A DNA stretch of 64,000 bases from Octopus sinensis (taxonomy: Eukaryota): the NCBI RefSeq assembly GCF_006345805.1, contig NC_043014.1, forward strand, positions 28,210,001-28,274,000. Reading direction: 5' to 3'. Positions within the stretch are counted from its first letter, which is position 1. Each line of letters opens with the position of its first letter. A model generated the notes under the pieces. The model ran no database searches, was not told the origin of the DNA, and worked only from the letters and a program-made list of their open reading frames with translations. Of the stretch, positions 38,684-52,530 are shown piece by piece. A program made the position numbers and the translations under genes.

Positions 38684-40339
38684 TATTGTGTTAAGTTTTT
38701 TTTTTTTATATATTTTAATTTTTTTCTTTTCATGTGAGTTGACTTCACTGATATCACTAACACTATTGAGGATTGTATGATGTAATGACTTACCCCATTT
38801 ATAAATATGAGACAGAATGTTCATATAAGAAACCATTAGAAGGATGATAATTCTTATATTTTTTTAACTAACAATTAACAATGAATACATATAAAATAAA
38901 AACTACCTTTCTGAGCATTGGTTTCAAATGAAAAGTAGAAAAAAAAAATTATATACTTCTGGTCCCTGATATGATTTATTTTATATTTTAAAAATTGTAA
39001 AATGACTGTATTATTAAAAATATTTTTTAATTAAAATGTATTTAACAAACAGTCTGTACAAACTCACAACTGAGTCCAAGAAAGTTTTTGTTTTTATGTT
39101 ATAAAAGAATGAAATGTAATGAAACCAACCAATCAAATCAGTTTCGAGAAGGTCAAGTGTGTGAGTGGCTGAGTCAAGCTGTTGTTCCTTCTTTTCATGG
39201 TCAATATTAGACAGCTTTGGCCTTTTTTTTTTTTTGTTAAAGTGTAGTTACATGTCCTAGAAAGGATTTTGTGTTTTTATACTACAATTGTATCTATGTA
39301 AATATTTTCTTTCTGTCCACACCCAATATTTACCTTTTCCCCCCAGGTGTTCATCTGGTGTCATGTGATTTATAGAAGGGAATATATTTTATTAAAATCT
39401 CTACCCCCCCATGTAGAGTAATTTATTATATGTTTTGTTTTTTGTCTTTATACAATCTCTCTCTCTCACACTGTTATACTTACAAACACCACAAAAAATT
39501 TCTCTAAAATAATTCACCAAGAAATGCATTCAATGGTCACTTTTACTGCTAGAAATAGCTTATTTTTCCCTTATTACACCCTAGTATCATCATCAGGCAT
39601 GGATTTGACAGGAGCTGGCCAGGTGAAGCTACTGTGTCTGTTTTGGTAGGGTTTTTATGGCTGGATGCCCTTCCTAACACCAACCACTGTACAGAGTGGA
39701 CCAAGTATTTTTTATGTGGCACTAGCATAAGCAAGGTCAGTTTGGGCATGGTTTTTGCAACTGGATGCCCTTCCAAATGCCAATCACTTTACAGTGAGGA
39801 CTGGATGCATTTTATGTGGCACCAGCACTGGCAGGGTCACCAAGTAACAAGGAATTTTGAGAGTTGTTTCAGATGCTGAAAGGGTAGGATGTGACAGAGA
39901 GGCAGGAACAGGTGTCTTGCTAGAGAGGAAGAGGTGATCTTGTTTCAGATGAAAGGTTAAAAAAAAAAAAAAGACATCGGCAAAAGTACTCCTAGATAAT
40001 ACAAAAGGACAGACTGGTCCTGGCTCAAATGATTATAATCAAGAGTTAGATCTAGGTTTAACAAACATCAATAAAATATATGGAATTTAGAACTGCATTG
40101 TTGTATGGAATACAACAGGAACACTTTATATCATGACTGAATTGACCAGAGCTCTCCTGGAGTACAACAACAACAAAGAAATGCATTGCAGGTATTACAG
40201 ACTTTTCAGACACCGATTGCCTGGAATCTCTTTATGAGGGAGAACTTTGAATTCCTACAGCTGTCAGACTAGTTTACTTATATCTTGCACAGTACACTAT
40301 TAATAAATTTGTAACATTTATACTAATGTGTGCTCTTTC

Positions 40340-40650
40340 ACCTTATAGCTACTCGTTGCCTGTGCTGGTAATGGACATGTCCTCTGTCTCCAACTAGGTC
40401 ATCCTACCAGGGCTTTACTCTCATTTGATGTGACATCTGCAAGCTGGAAGAGGCAGTCATGGTAGGCCCTGCTCTGGATGGCTGGATGTAATTGGGGAAG
40501 ATCTCCAAAGGTTCAATGTCACCTTAGAGGATGCATTGTGGCTGGTATGGAACCACCAGCAATGGAGGGTACTGGTGGACTTGGTTGGCTCTATGCATGA
40601 TGACATATATGGGATGATCCCAGCCTCATCAAGCAAGAGCATGAAGATTT
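40340..40650 (+). mobile_element. RTE-clade LINE 3' remnant
   Basis: Translates to GRPCSGWLDVIGEDLQRFNVTLEDALWLVWNHQQWRVLV, similar to the RTE C-terminal motif GRPRxxWxDxIxEDL...DRxxWR. Confidence 0.6.
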
Positions 40651-40862
40651 ATACTAATGTACAGTTCAACAATTCAACAAAACAAATCCTTGTTCGACAA
40701 ACAGCAATAAAATAAGGTAATCCACAAAGAATAACGGTAACAATATCTACAGCAAAAATTGCTTACCAGTAGCAAAGAAAAACACATCCACACAGTAGTG
40801 AGGGAAGCAAGCTTCTTACCACAAAGCTACTCCTGCACTTATATTAATAATAATAATATTTA

Positions 40863-42118
40863 TAGGGTCATCCCATAAATAATGTGGGTTTTTTTATACT
40901 TCTTTTATTTTTCAAAATTAAGATAAACAAAGTTCTTTTTTAATCTAAAATATACTCTCCTTCATTTCATACAATGCTCTTCCATCTCTCTGGTAGACTT
41001 GCAAGGCCCCTCTTCCAAAATTCACTTGTCTGTGATGAAAAAATACTCCTCCAGTACTGTTCTGACCTCATCTTCAGAATTCATATTTTTTCCGTCCAAA
41101 TGATTTTGAAGACTGCAGAATAAATGATGGGGCAATGTCTGGCAAATATGGTGGGTGGGGCATCGTTTCCCATTCAAACTGTTCCAGCCTTTGGGATGTT
41201 ATCCTTGCTGTATGCAGCCAAGCATTATCCTGATGGAAGAACACCTTTTGTCTTGAAACCAAAGATGGTCGTTTTCCTTCTAGTGCTGACTTAAGCTACT
41301 CACAGTAGATCTCCTTTGTTATCATTTGGTTTGGGTTTAAAAGTTTGAAGTGGACCCAACCTTTCATATCCCACCAAACATTACAACACCTTACATGGTA
41401 AAGACCTTCTTTAGCCTGGGGTGCTGGTGTTTCTTCTTTCCCTATCCACTGTCTTTGGCACTTGACATTTTGATATAGAACCCATTTCTTGTCACCAGTG
41501 ATTCTTTGGTCCAAAAAAAGGTTCATTCGTGTGATGTGACAGCAAAGAAGAGCACACATTCACTGTACACGATTAAACTTGGAAAGTTTGTGAGGAACCC
41601 ATTGACCCAATTTGCTGACTTTTCCGATGGTACACGAGTGTTGATGAATGGTTGAATGAGCAAATCTAAGCTTCTCTGCTAGTTCCTCAACAGTTACAAT
41701 GAGATTTTTTCCACCGGAGTTTGCAGGATGTTCTCGTCGAACTCTACAGATCTTCCAGGAAGAGGCTCATCTTCTAGGCTGCAGTTTCCGACTTGGAATT
41801 TCTTCAACCACCATTAACTCTAGCTTACGCTTATTGTCTTCCCCATACACTGCATTAATACACCTCGCACTTTTCCATTGTGTTGTTTCTTTTATTGAAC
41901 TCACAAAGTGAAATATGCCAAACATGCTCTTTTGTCACTTCCATTATGGCTTTGAAAACAAAAATCAAACTACACTCTTCAAAATCTGCACTAAGAATAA
42001 GCACAAGGTAAAATTACTACCTGTTTTATAGCAAGCTGATGCAGGTAGTTTATCCCACCCCACTCCGACTTTTAGTTCATGCAATTGAAAAAACTGCATT
42101 ATTTATGGGATGACCTAA
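40863..42118 (-). mobile_element. Decayed full-length mariner transposon
   Basis: TIRs tagggtcatcccataaataatg / cattatttatgggatgacctaa with TA flanks. Transposase remnants ITGDKKWVLY, FHQDNAWLHTA and PHPPYLPDIAPS are present, with many frameshifts. Confidence 0.9.
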
Positions 42119-42984
42119 TATTATTAATGTGATAAAATATATTACATCAAAATGTTGAATGGATTTGATAGGTGGAAACTGAAAGAAGCACATCATATGT
42201 ATGTGTATATGTAGACATCACGTGATGGTTGTAAATGAGCATGGTTATTATACAAGTGAGATAGTAGATTTCCAGTCTTCTCTGAATAACATGTCCGACC
42301 ATAGGGAAATATTACATTGTTTGGAAACGAAGGTTAGCAACAGGAAAGGCCTTGACTGTAGAAAATCTGACTCAAGTATGAAAAAGTGGATGTTGAATGA
42401 TGGTGATGACACGTGTTAACACTTACAGACCATTGTTGGCATGATTTCAATGGATTCCATTACAAATGAAGTAATAATATAGCTAAGCTTCATTTATGTC
42501 TACACCAACAGATTCCTTACCAAGCCAACAACAGATATTGTCATCACCTTTTGCTTCACACAAACCTAGCTACCACAAACACTTCATAAGCAATTCCAAA
42601 TTGCATCAGATCACCTACCAATTATTGTCATAACATACTTGTATATCAATGAAGAATGCAAAGATTCCTTTACAAATTTCCAAAATATGCAATTGAATTA
42701 ATTCCATGAAGGAACAGTATCAGTGATGGTAATAAGCTATGTGGTTATTAATTCCTAGCCAAAATATTAATAATTTGTACATCATCAACTCTATCAGTTT
42801 TCAAGAATTTAACTATCAACTCAATTTCACCAGATGTAAATAAATACAATGACATTTTTTTCACAACCTTAAAAGGTGGAAAACTTTTGGATATTTAACA
42901 AATACTTTATCATCTTAAATATTTTGTTATCTTATGCTTAACAACTTCCATTAATGGATGCACTGGTTAGAAATCCATTTAATT

Positions 42985-43725
42985 ATAATAATAATAATGA
43001 AATTATTGCATACAGTGCTCACGTGCACCACAATTTGTCAAAAGTGGGTATAAAGCATATGCAGTAATGTACAAATGTCTGGAAAGTAAATAGTGTAGGA
43101 GTCAGATACATGCTTGCGTGTGTATGGAGGGGAGAAAATCAGGTGTAGTGTTGTCGAATCTCAGGAAGCATGGAAGTTTTGAAGGATGCAGTGCTCCGAC
43201 AACTAACAACTGATGCCAGCAGTTTGTTCCATGCTTCAGCAACTCTTAGCATGAAAAAATGTTTCCAAAAGTCACGGGAGCTGTGCTGTTTTCTGACTTT
43301 GTAAACATTTCCACGGGTGTTAGACAGGTGGAGTTTGAAAAGGTGCTCAGAGTTATTGTTAGTAAGATGGTTAATAATTTTATTGGTGTCAGCCAAGTCA
43401 GCTGCCAGACGTCGGAGTTTCAATGTAAGTAAGACGTTCAGAATATGACTAAAGACTGATGGAGAGTATTCTCTTGGTTGCATGTTGCTGAACGGTTTCC
43501 AGACGATTAATATCCTGGACAAGATAGGGGTTCCAGACTGGTGATGCAAATTCCAGATGAGGGCGCACCATAGCTATATAAAGCCTCAGACAGATAGCCA
43601 GAGAGCAGCTCACAAGGGACTTGGTAAGTGATGCCAAGACACCCTCAGCCTTCTTGGCAATTTTAGCAATGTGTTTTGTCCAACGCAAATCGCTGTCGAC
43701 AATAATGCCCAGGTCATGTTCACTG
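42985..43725 (-). mobile_element. 5'-truncated CR1-group LINE 3' end with a (TTA)n tail
   Basis: Translates to LYIAMVRPHLEFASPVWNPY...LETVQQHATK and TRGNVYKVRKQ...FFMLRVAEAWN. Confidence 0.85.
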
Positions 43726-44199
43726 TGTGATAATTAAATTTTGAACTTTGGCATAAATTTACAAAATTGAGAATAGAAATAACTTTGGTTACATTACTGG
43801 TACTTATTTGATCACCCCTATTTTTCTAGAAGTGAAAAGTCAATTGTCCTAGAATTTGAACAGAAGACATTGGGGAATGTATATATTTCCGGATTGACAT
43901 ATTTCTTCTGAATTTAGCGAACATTTCTTCACTACATGTAGTTTTTTTTTTCATGCTAATTACAAAATCGTAATTATCTATATTTTTGAGATTATAATTA
44001 TTAAAAAAATTGCGAACCTTCAAACTGAAATTTTTTTGTAATCTTTGCCAATTAAGTTTATCTCTTCTCGGCATGATGGAATTCCACATTTTTTTAGAAA
44101 ACATCTAATACCAATCATATTTATTCCATCCAGCAGACGATCATAATTGTCATGTTATTTATATATGTAGCAAACGATGCAAGCCCCCAAATTCCGTTT

Positions 44200-44560
44200 C
44201 TGAAACCAGCTCAGGGTCACCTTCCTCCGCTGCTTCATTGACACAAATACCTAGGAGACAATCGCCAAGGACCGCTTAAAGTGACAGCATGTCATCGTCA
44301 AGGGAACAGACCAGATGGAAAATAACAGACGTCAATAGGCAGAGATCAGATGAAGACGCAACGAGCGATTCGCACATGCTCGTCCCCTGTGATAAATGTT
44401 CCAGGTTCTTCCATACCGCCCTTGGTCTGAACAGTCACATCGTGCACCGGTACGCTTTGCACTCATTAGGAAAAAGAGGCTCAATCACTTGTTACAGATT
44501 AACTACGTGGATACGAGTTAATGACGACGACAGCGACATCAACACATTGAAATCATCAAG
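44200..44560 (+). mobile_element. RTE-clade LINE 3' remnant with a C2H2-like zinc knuckle
   Basis: Translates to VPCDKCSRFFHTALGLNSHIVH, preceded by a decayed WETIAKDRLKW-like segment. Confidence 0.55.
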
Positions 44561-44717
44561 GATGACTAAGTGATAGGTTAGTGTTAGGGTTTGCAGTGCA
44601 TCGCAAAATTTCATTTTAAATGTTGGCAATCTATCGTTTTGACTAGAAGGTGTGTACGCAGCTCAGCTGTTACCATACGGCGTTCGGTAAATTCCGTAAA
44701 ATTTTTTTATATATTTA

Positions 44718-45094
44718 CTAGCAGTGTTGCTCGGGTTTGTAAGGGAAATAACTATATAAGCATTTTTAGAGAGTTATAGCCAAAAAATGCATTAAAAATG
44801 GGAAAAAAATGATGGTAAATTTTTTTTTTAAATCGTTGACTCATCGTAGACATTTTCAGAGAGTTACTTCCCTTATATAATAGCGAAAAATGCATTAAAA
44901 TGGAAAAAAATGATGTTAAATTTTTTTTTAAATCGTAGACTCATCGTAGACGCGCGCTAATACCCAGAAGGGCTCGATATGAATCACGACTATAAGATAC
45001 CCGGTTTTGGTTAAACTGCACCGCAAAATGTGGGAGTAGTTAGGAATCTAAATCGTAGGAGACAGACACACAACTTCACTTTTATATATAAAGA
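44718..45094 (-). mobile_element. Non-autonomous Helitron
   Basis: The minus strand begins A|TCTTTATATATAAAAG and ends CCCGAGCAACACTGCTAG|T, giving 5'-TC, 3'-CTAG and an A/T target. It shares termini with 60134-60523. Confidence 0.7.
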
Positions 45095-45271
45095 TTTCTG
45101 TGGCTGGGAATGTACATTTCGTTTGATGTCAACATAAAGTGAAAGAGAGAGAAAATTGACAGAGACGTGTGTATGTATTGATGTGGGATGCGAGACAGAA
45201 AGTGTGTTGTGTATATGAGAGACAGGTGTATGTTGCTCTGTGTGTGTGTGTGTGTGTGAGGAGGGGGAGAG

Positions 45272-45398
45272 GTGACAGCGTACATTTTATTAATTTATTT
45301 TTCCTCGCATCTCTTTTGAGTGTGTGTGTAATTGACTGAGAGAGATAGAGTAAATTTTATTTACATTTTCTAGCATCTTTTTTTAGTTAGTATGTTTG

Positions 45399-45448
<50 letters not shown>

Positions 45449-45659
45449 CGTATTTTTAAAAGTTTTTTTCTCGTATCTTTTACACTCTCTCCCTATCACT
45501 CTCTCCCGCTCTCTCGAGTCAAACACTAAAAACACTAAAAAAAGTTGCGAGAAAAAGTAAATAAATGAAATTTACGCTATCTCTCTCTGTTAATCACTCA
45601 CACACTTATTCAAGAGATGCGAGGAAAAATATATAAAAAAGAATGTACGGTGTCACTGT

Positions 45660-45660
<1 letters not shown>
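45272..45660. repeat. Imperfect foldback with nested (GA)n/(CA)n microsatellites
   Basis: gtgacagcgtacatt...tttttcctcgcatctctt is inverted at aagagatgcgaggaaaaa...aatgtacggtgtcac. Confidence 0.65.
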
Positions 45661-45701
<41 letters not shown>

Positions 45702-45995
45702 CACACACACACACACACACACAATTTTTTTACGGAATTTACCGGATCAGCTGTTCTAGTTTGGCATTTCTGGGAGTCGTATCGAAAGAACCGAAATGTT
45801 TTCTATCACGTTCTTTAAATTAAATATTTTCATCATTAAAAGTTTTACTAAGCTCTGTTATTTATTTCTAAAGAAAGAAAAAAAAATCGTAACGGCGCTT
45901 CTATAAGAAAAAAAAAAACATCATTGCGACTAAAACACACACACAATGAATACTGTAATACTGAAGTGGAGAAATAAAAAAAAAGTTTTTATCTA

Positions 45996-46501
45996 CCGTA
46001 AATCCTCGAGTATAATCCGCACTTTTCCATTTAAAGGTCAAAATGCCTAGTGCGTACTATATACGAGGGTAAAAATGAAAATTATTTTCTAAGCCATGTC
46101 CGAGTCTCTGTTTGTTGTCCGGCAATGTTTATTTAGACACATTTTGTGATGTCGGGCGCGAAAATACCTTACACTAAGCCTGAAAGCAATGAAGTCATAA
46201 AAGAATCATCCATAACTTGCAGTAAGCAACATTTATTAAACGTTATTACTGTTATTTCTTTATTTTCTGCAAACAAAATGCACAAAAAAGCTACACGTTT
46301 GCATTATGTTATATATACAATAATAATAAAGGACGTTACCGTATACATTTTTACAAACCAAGGACGTAATATAGACCTCCTTGACTCAAGTTAGAGAAGG
46401 GGTGCGTATTATATACAAGGTTTAGGTTTTTCAGAGGTACAGCCCCCTAAAAATCCCCTGCGTATTATACTCAAGGGCGGACTATACTCGAGGATTTACG
46501 G
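45996..46501. mobile_element. Tc2/pogo-type MITE
   Basis: TA|CCGTAAATCCTCGAGTATA ... TATACTCGAGGATTTACGG|TA, with subterminal gcgtattatac repeats. Confidence 0.8.
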
Positions 46502-46993
46502 TATCTTGTTTCCATAACCAGCTGTTCGCTTATCCTTCATAAAGTTCTGAACTGGATTCCACAGCATATTTCTATCATAACGGAGTCCACTCAAGTCTTG
46601 TGACTGAAATTAAGTAGACAGAAACTGTAATAGGTCATTGTATAAGGCTGTAACTGTAATTCGAAAGCCTAGTTTTGTATTGATTAATAAATTAAATATA
46701 TTATTCAATATTTGAGGAATATATTAAAAAGGTACGAGTCAAGATTGCTCATCCATTTTATATTACGAGTAGTTTGTTACGGTGTTCGAACAACACCATC
46801 ACTACTGCTTTGAAACTAACGTAAGATCCATTTATTTTCAAGTTTTGTTGATAGTTATGGTACCGCCATTTGCTCCTCCACCTAATAAACGAGTCGGATG
46901 AAGGAGTAGGGAGAAGTTAAGGCGCTTCTTTAGAAGCGCACCTCTCCAAGAAAATGACGATTACTTGTCAAAAAGTTACGAAAATGGGAAATA

Positions 46994-48234
46994 CGAGGGG
47001 CGTTCAATAAGTAATGCCCCTGACCCACTTCCCATAGCAGTAGAGCAACGAAACTTGGCACAGTTATTAGTCTTTTTCTACATAGGAACCACCCAGAGTT
47101 ACGCATTTCTCCCATCGTTTGATGCGGCTCTGGAGACCGTTTTTGTAGAAGAACCCAGCTTGGTTCTCCAACCTCAACGTGACTTCAGAAATCAAGGCTG
47201 CATCATCTGGGAAACGCTTTCCTTTCAAAAACAACTTCATGATTGGGAGGAGTTCATAGCCATACGCCTGTGCTTCTGATCTGGCGACAAGCGAGTTGTG
47301 GACCGGAGCGTTGTCCTGCAGGAGGAGGATGCCTTTGCTGATCTTGCCCCGCCTCTTGATTTTGATAACTTCTCTTAATTTCCTCAAAAGTGAAGCATAA
47401 TAGGCTCCTGCAATTGTGGTACCCTTTGCCAGGAAATCTGTCATCACTACTCCGTCCTGGTCCCAGAAGACTGTGAGCATGACCTTGCCAGCGGAGGGCT
47501 GCACCCTTGCCTTCTTTGGAGGGGGTGAGTCACGGTGCTTCCACTGCATTGACTGGGCTTTGGTCTCTGGATCATCGTGATGGACCCAGGTTTCATCCTG
47601 TGTGATCAGTCTTTTGAAAAATTTTGACTCATCTTCTTGGCATATCTCCAAATTCACCCTCGAGCACTCGACGCGTTCTTGCTTCTGGAAAGGCGTGAGC
47701 AACCTGGGAATCCATCTGGCAGACACCTTTTGCATATGCAAATGGTCATGAATGATAGTTTCCACAGACCCAGTACTAATCTTGACCTCATGGGCTATTT
47801 GGCGAATAGTTATGCGTCGATCTTCCAAAATGGCAGTCTCAACTTGACGGACAGATGCCTCATCAATGGCAGAAGGGGGCGACCAGATCTGGGAGCTGTT
47901 TCCACGGAGTTCCGACCATGTTTGAATTCACGATGCCAGCGTTTTACAAGGTCATATGATGGGGCATCATCACCATAAGTTACTTTCATTTCATCAAAAG
48001 TCTCCCGTGGTGTGCGTCCTTTCAAATACAAAAACCGGATCACTGCTCGACACTCAACAGGCTCCATTTCACACTTGACTCGGTTCAAACACCTGTAAAT
48101 CAGAAACCACAATTAATTCAGAGCTGTAATTTGCCACTTACTCTATAGAGATATAAATGATTGCACATGCAAAATTTCAGCTAGATCAAACAACTGCAAG
48201 TGGGTCAGAGGCATTACTTATTGAACGTCCCTCG
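46994..48234 (-). mobile_element. Mariner transposon (irritans/Hsmar2-like) with a defective transposase
   Basis: TIRs cgaggggcgttcaataagtaatgcc / ggcattacttattgaacgtccctcg with a TA TSD. The transposase MEPVECRAVIRFL...RSGRP is frameshifted into ...WIPRLL...ITQDETWVHH...KVMLTVFWD...LLQDNAPVH. The YSPDLAP block is deleted. Confidence 0.92.
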
Positions 48235-51200
48235 TATATCCAAAATAATCTTCCCAGGACCGTCTACCTGAACTGGGCTGCGGATCAGATTCCCCAACAG
48301 ATATTTCACGAACGGTTGTGCAGTGGCTCACACCCAGGCCTTCAATGCAAAACCGGACTGAAGTTAATTCCTTGACCCATGAATGAAAGATCCAGGAAAA
48401 CAAACACCTCAAAATTATGAAATGAGGTAGTGATAGGACAGTCACCAAAGTACCCGTTAAGCAGACAACAGCTTGTCTTGTTACTATGGAATGGTGCAAC
48501 AATATGTTTCTGGCTTTCGCCTGGCTAAAATTACCCAAAATTTGAAAATTTTAGAAGCTATTAACTTTTTATTTAATAAGTTATGGCAAAAATGAATTTC
48601 ATTTCCATAATTAGTATACAAAACTACATTTCGTATACCAAATTTAAAAGATAAAAAACTGTGACACCAATAGAAAAAGATCCTGCCCTTGTTTATATTG
48701 GTCTGCTTATCGAGTCTAATATCAACTAACGAATCAATTTCAATCCTCAAAGAGTTATAGTGACCTAATAGAACTAGGTCAGGAGTTTTGCAATTCAGAG
48801 GGTTGACAATTTCAGTTACATAGAGTAAAAATCTCACCAACCACTTATATATAATTGCAGGGTCTCTTCAGAGATTTTTTAATCGTTTCTGGGGACCATG
48901 ATAACTTCGGAATCTTTGAGAAAGTAAACGAAAGTTGTTTTCTGTTTCCTGTCTCAGACCCGAAGGAAGATTTGCAATCAGCTCTACAAACGAACAAAAC
49001 ATTAGCTGTTCCAACAGCTTACATCATAGTTTCTTTACATGTATCCAGAAATCGCTTCTATACATCAGCTGAATTTCATTTTCGTAAAGATGGCGATTGC
49101 CAACGTAAATGACTGCAGTTTATACCGCAGAATAAGACATGCCTGGTGAGATTTGAACTCGGAAGTGAATACAGTAAACCATACAGTCCGACGCTTTAAT
49201 GATTACTGTTTCTACCACGTCGAACAACTATATTAACATGTATTTCTTTTTATCAGAAAGAAGTCGTTTAGATGTATTTGGTGGAAGACGAAATTAGAAA
49301 CTTCTAGGTATTTTATCAGAAAGAAATTTGATCATCATCAGATGAAATGACTTCAAATGGGATTTGAAACTGCATCATGATTTCAGCTTGCTCGAAGTTT
49401 TAATTTTTTTAACGTGTTCCACAGGAACATCACTTTTAAGATATCTATATAAATTTCTAACTTAGGAATAGAGTCAGATTTTAGTGGTTATGTGTTTGTA
49501 TGGGATTAAATAACATATCTTTAAGATCCCGGAAAGATGGAAAGCTAAAGTAACCTGGATGTAATTTGATATCAGAAGGTAAAAGGCTACAAAATATTTT
49601 GTCCACGAATCTCCAGTCTGTCCATCCACTACCTAAAATATGAACGAAGTAAAACCCCATATTGGTCGTATATCGAATGACTACTAATTTTATCAGGATT
49701 AAAAATAAAGAAAAGGAAATTGTTAGTAAAATACTTCATCTTATCAGTCGACACTGAAATAAATTTATTGTCACGTAATACAACTACGTTCGAAGTTAAC
49801 CTAATGTTTGGTATATATATATATATATATATAGGTTGATTCCTATATCGCAATATTCCGGCAGAATATCGGTTTTCAGCTACAATTAGACCTGGAGAGA
49901 ATTAAAAGAACTTATCTACGGATACGGCACAAATTAATGCAAAGAGTCTTGGTTGACACGATACTGTTAATAAAATATCTGTACTATATGTCGACTTGAG
50001 TTTATGCCTAACTCATCTCGCCATTCAAGACGAAGACACTTCGGTACTACTTAAATACAGAGGTCTCTAAAAACCAACCCTAAAACTAACCAACCAACCA
50101 TAAAATCTAACCCTACGGGTCCTCTGTATTTGAGTAGTCGTTTGACTTGTTAGAAATAGTAGCCAAATTCTCCGTTATAAAGCCACTTCTATCTTAAAGA
50201 ACGCATATAATTTAGTGCTAGTTACCCTGTGAGTAAATAACGAAAACAGGATGTCCATAGTTTGAATTCATTTAAACATAACTGTCTTTTCGACTAGGAC
50301 CTAACAAAACTATTTGATAATTTGTACACTGTAATTACACAAACGTATCTAATAGGTGACAACATTGAGTAAATTTTTACTATTAAACTGGTCTCCCTTT
50401 AAAAGCGTGGTTTCACAAAGGACGGTTTTCGACAGTTTTGATGGTCAAATTCGTTCCGTTTAAATGCTAGTCTGATATGAAACCTCCCCCACGTTTTTCA
50501 GGTCTACAAATGAAGTAGCTCAAATTACTATAAAAATCCAGAAATTAATAAAGTTCGTTTTACGGAAAATTTTATGCAATAAAGTTTATTATATATATAT
50601 AGACTTAGTTTCTTATTACAAATACTAAACATTAGATAGAAGTATTAGAACATCGTCTTGTTTTATACATTGGCGGGGAAGAAGAGGAATAAATATTTGA
50701 AATTTAAAAGTTACTCTAGGTTTTCGCAAATTAGTCGGTCTTTGAAGACATATATACGGGAAAAAAAGAAAAGAAAAAAAAAACAAGGTAAATAAAGCAA
50801 TGTAAATATTTGCGATAATTAAGAAAGTTATTTGCTTAAAGATTTTAAAGACGTTTTGTTGATTGTTATAATCAGCAAACATTTAAATTTAACAGATGGT
50901 TCGGTTTAAATAAATAGTTGTATAAATAGAAAAAAATTAAATATCCAAGATTTGTACACAGTTGAAAATAATCCTGCTTCCATGAAAGGATTTTTTAACC
51001 GAAGGATTAAAATGTAATTGATCATGTTGTCCGAAACAAATAAGAATGAAAAAATAAAAAAAAATAACCAAATTTATAATTTCCAAATTCTGTGCGTGTG
51101 TATAGATAGATATCTCCATCTATTCCACCAGCTCCAGCGTATCTAAATAAATTTTTATATAACTTAATTTTTTTCTTTCTTTTTTTTTTTTTTAGCAAAG

Positions 51201-51258
51201 ATTCGTGAACGATTTTGATTTAAGGACACGCCAGAATAAGCTAATTTCTTATTTGGTC

Positions 51259-51600
51259 TTAACAAGATTCATCTTCAGATAAAGACACGGAATCATCTGA
51301 AATCCCACTCCAGTCTGTCAACTCTTCTGGCTGGGGGTATGTTCGTGTGCGATTTTTATGTACTAGAGAAGCACGTCTGTTTGATTGCAGCCAGTCAGGT
51401 CGTTCATTCTCATAGCTGTTGAAATAACTCTCCAAGGAATTTAGACTTTTTGCGTGTCTCCTAATTGTTTTAAAAGAAGACTTATGTTCAAGAATATTCA
51501 TGTTATTAAAATCGACTTCCATGTTAGAGCTTTCTGTTGGCGAAATTAGCCTGCAAGAAAAGAACTGTAAAGCTCTTTTCCACATATTACGGTTCGACAT
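51259..51600 (-). CDS. Putative 113-aa ORF/exon of unknown identity
   Basis: Coding-like composition with RRxSL-type motifs and an acidic Ser-rich end (GISDDSVSLSEDES). No family recognised. An A-rich tract lies ~70 nt past the stop. Confidence 0.3.
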   Translation of the reverse strand: MSNRNMWKRALQFFSCRLISPTESSNMEVDFNNMNILEHKSSFKTIRRHAKSLNSLESYFNSYENERPDWLQSNRRASLVHKNRTRTYPQPEELTDWSGISDDSVSLSEDESC

Positions 51601-52356
51601 AGCTCAGTTTATTTTTTAAAGTCGGATGCACAGCTTATAATGCGTTTATGATTTTCTTTGATCTAATAATTATTTTTTTAAAAATAAATATATCGTTATC
51701 AAATGTTCAAATAAGGCAATTTGCTCGAGGTATCTGCGATTAGAGAACGTGCCGAAATATTAAAAATCAACAGTTCTAACACCATACACGAACGCAATAA
51801 AAAATGAGAATGACAAAAATAATCGATGATTTTGAAAATACGGCCACCAGATTCTATTAGAAATTCATTTACTAGATTGGCTTAGCAACAAATATTTCGA
51901 TTTCAGATACCAATAGTATTCCTCCTACCGCTTTACCGTTACCTTTGATTAACCAGGAAGACAAGAGGTACTGGTTGAATTGACAGAAAATTAACCGAAC
52001 GGCTGACAGTTTGTAGCCGTTACTGGCAACACGCTTGTGTTAAAGACGCTCATTTCCTCGATGGACTCGTCCACTAATTTGTAATTTTCTTTTTAGTGAT
52101 AATATTTTAATTATAACATCTAAATACAAAGAAACGGGAAAAAGAGAGCGAGAAAAGAAAAGAAAAGAATGTGAGTCTGGTAGAGCAGCAGAAGATGGTG
52201 GGGGAGTGGACTACATACCCCGGAACAAATAGTGTGCTCATCTGCAACTCCACGGTAATGACCACAATGTCAATTGCCCTTATCCTTCGTTATATGTACC
52301 CCATGTTTTGTGTTGTCCGTCCTTGTTATGCAGGCTACATACCTATAAGATTAAAC

Positions 52357-52530
52357 GATAGCATCGCCGTGGAGGATGGCCAGCGATCGTTGCAGCAGTC
52401 ACTCCACCTCTCGGGGCTGATTTCTTCGACGGGTCACAGTTATCCCTATTTTGTGGAGGAAATCGGTAGTATGGGGTCCGAGAACACCGGATGTCTCGAC
52501 GGCGAGCATAGAAAATCGATCATAGGATGG
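52357..52530 (-). mobile_element. CRE-like non-LTR retrotransposon 3' fragment (RLE domain end)
   Basis: Minus-strand translation is RFSMLAVETSGVLGPHTTDFLHKIG...REVE*LLQRSLAILHGDA. Confidence 0.6.
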
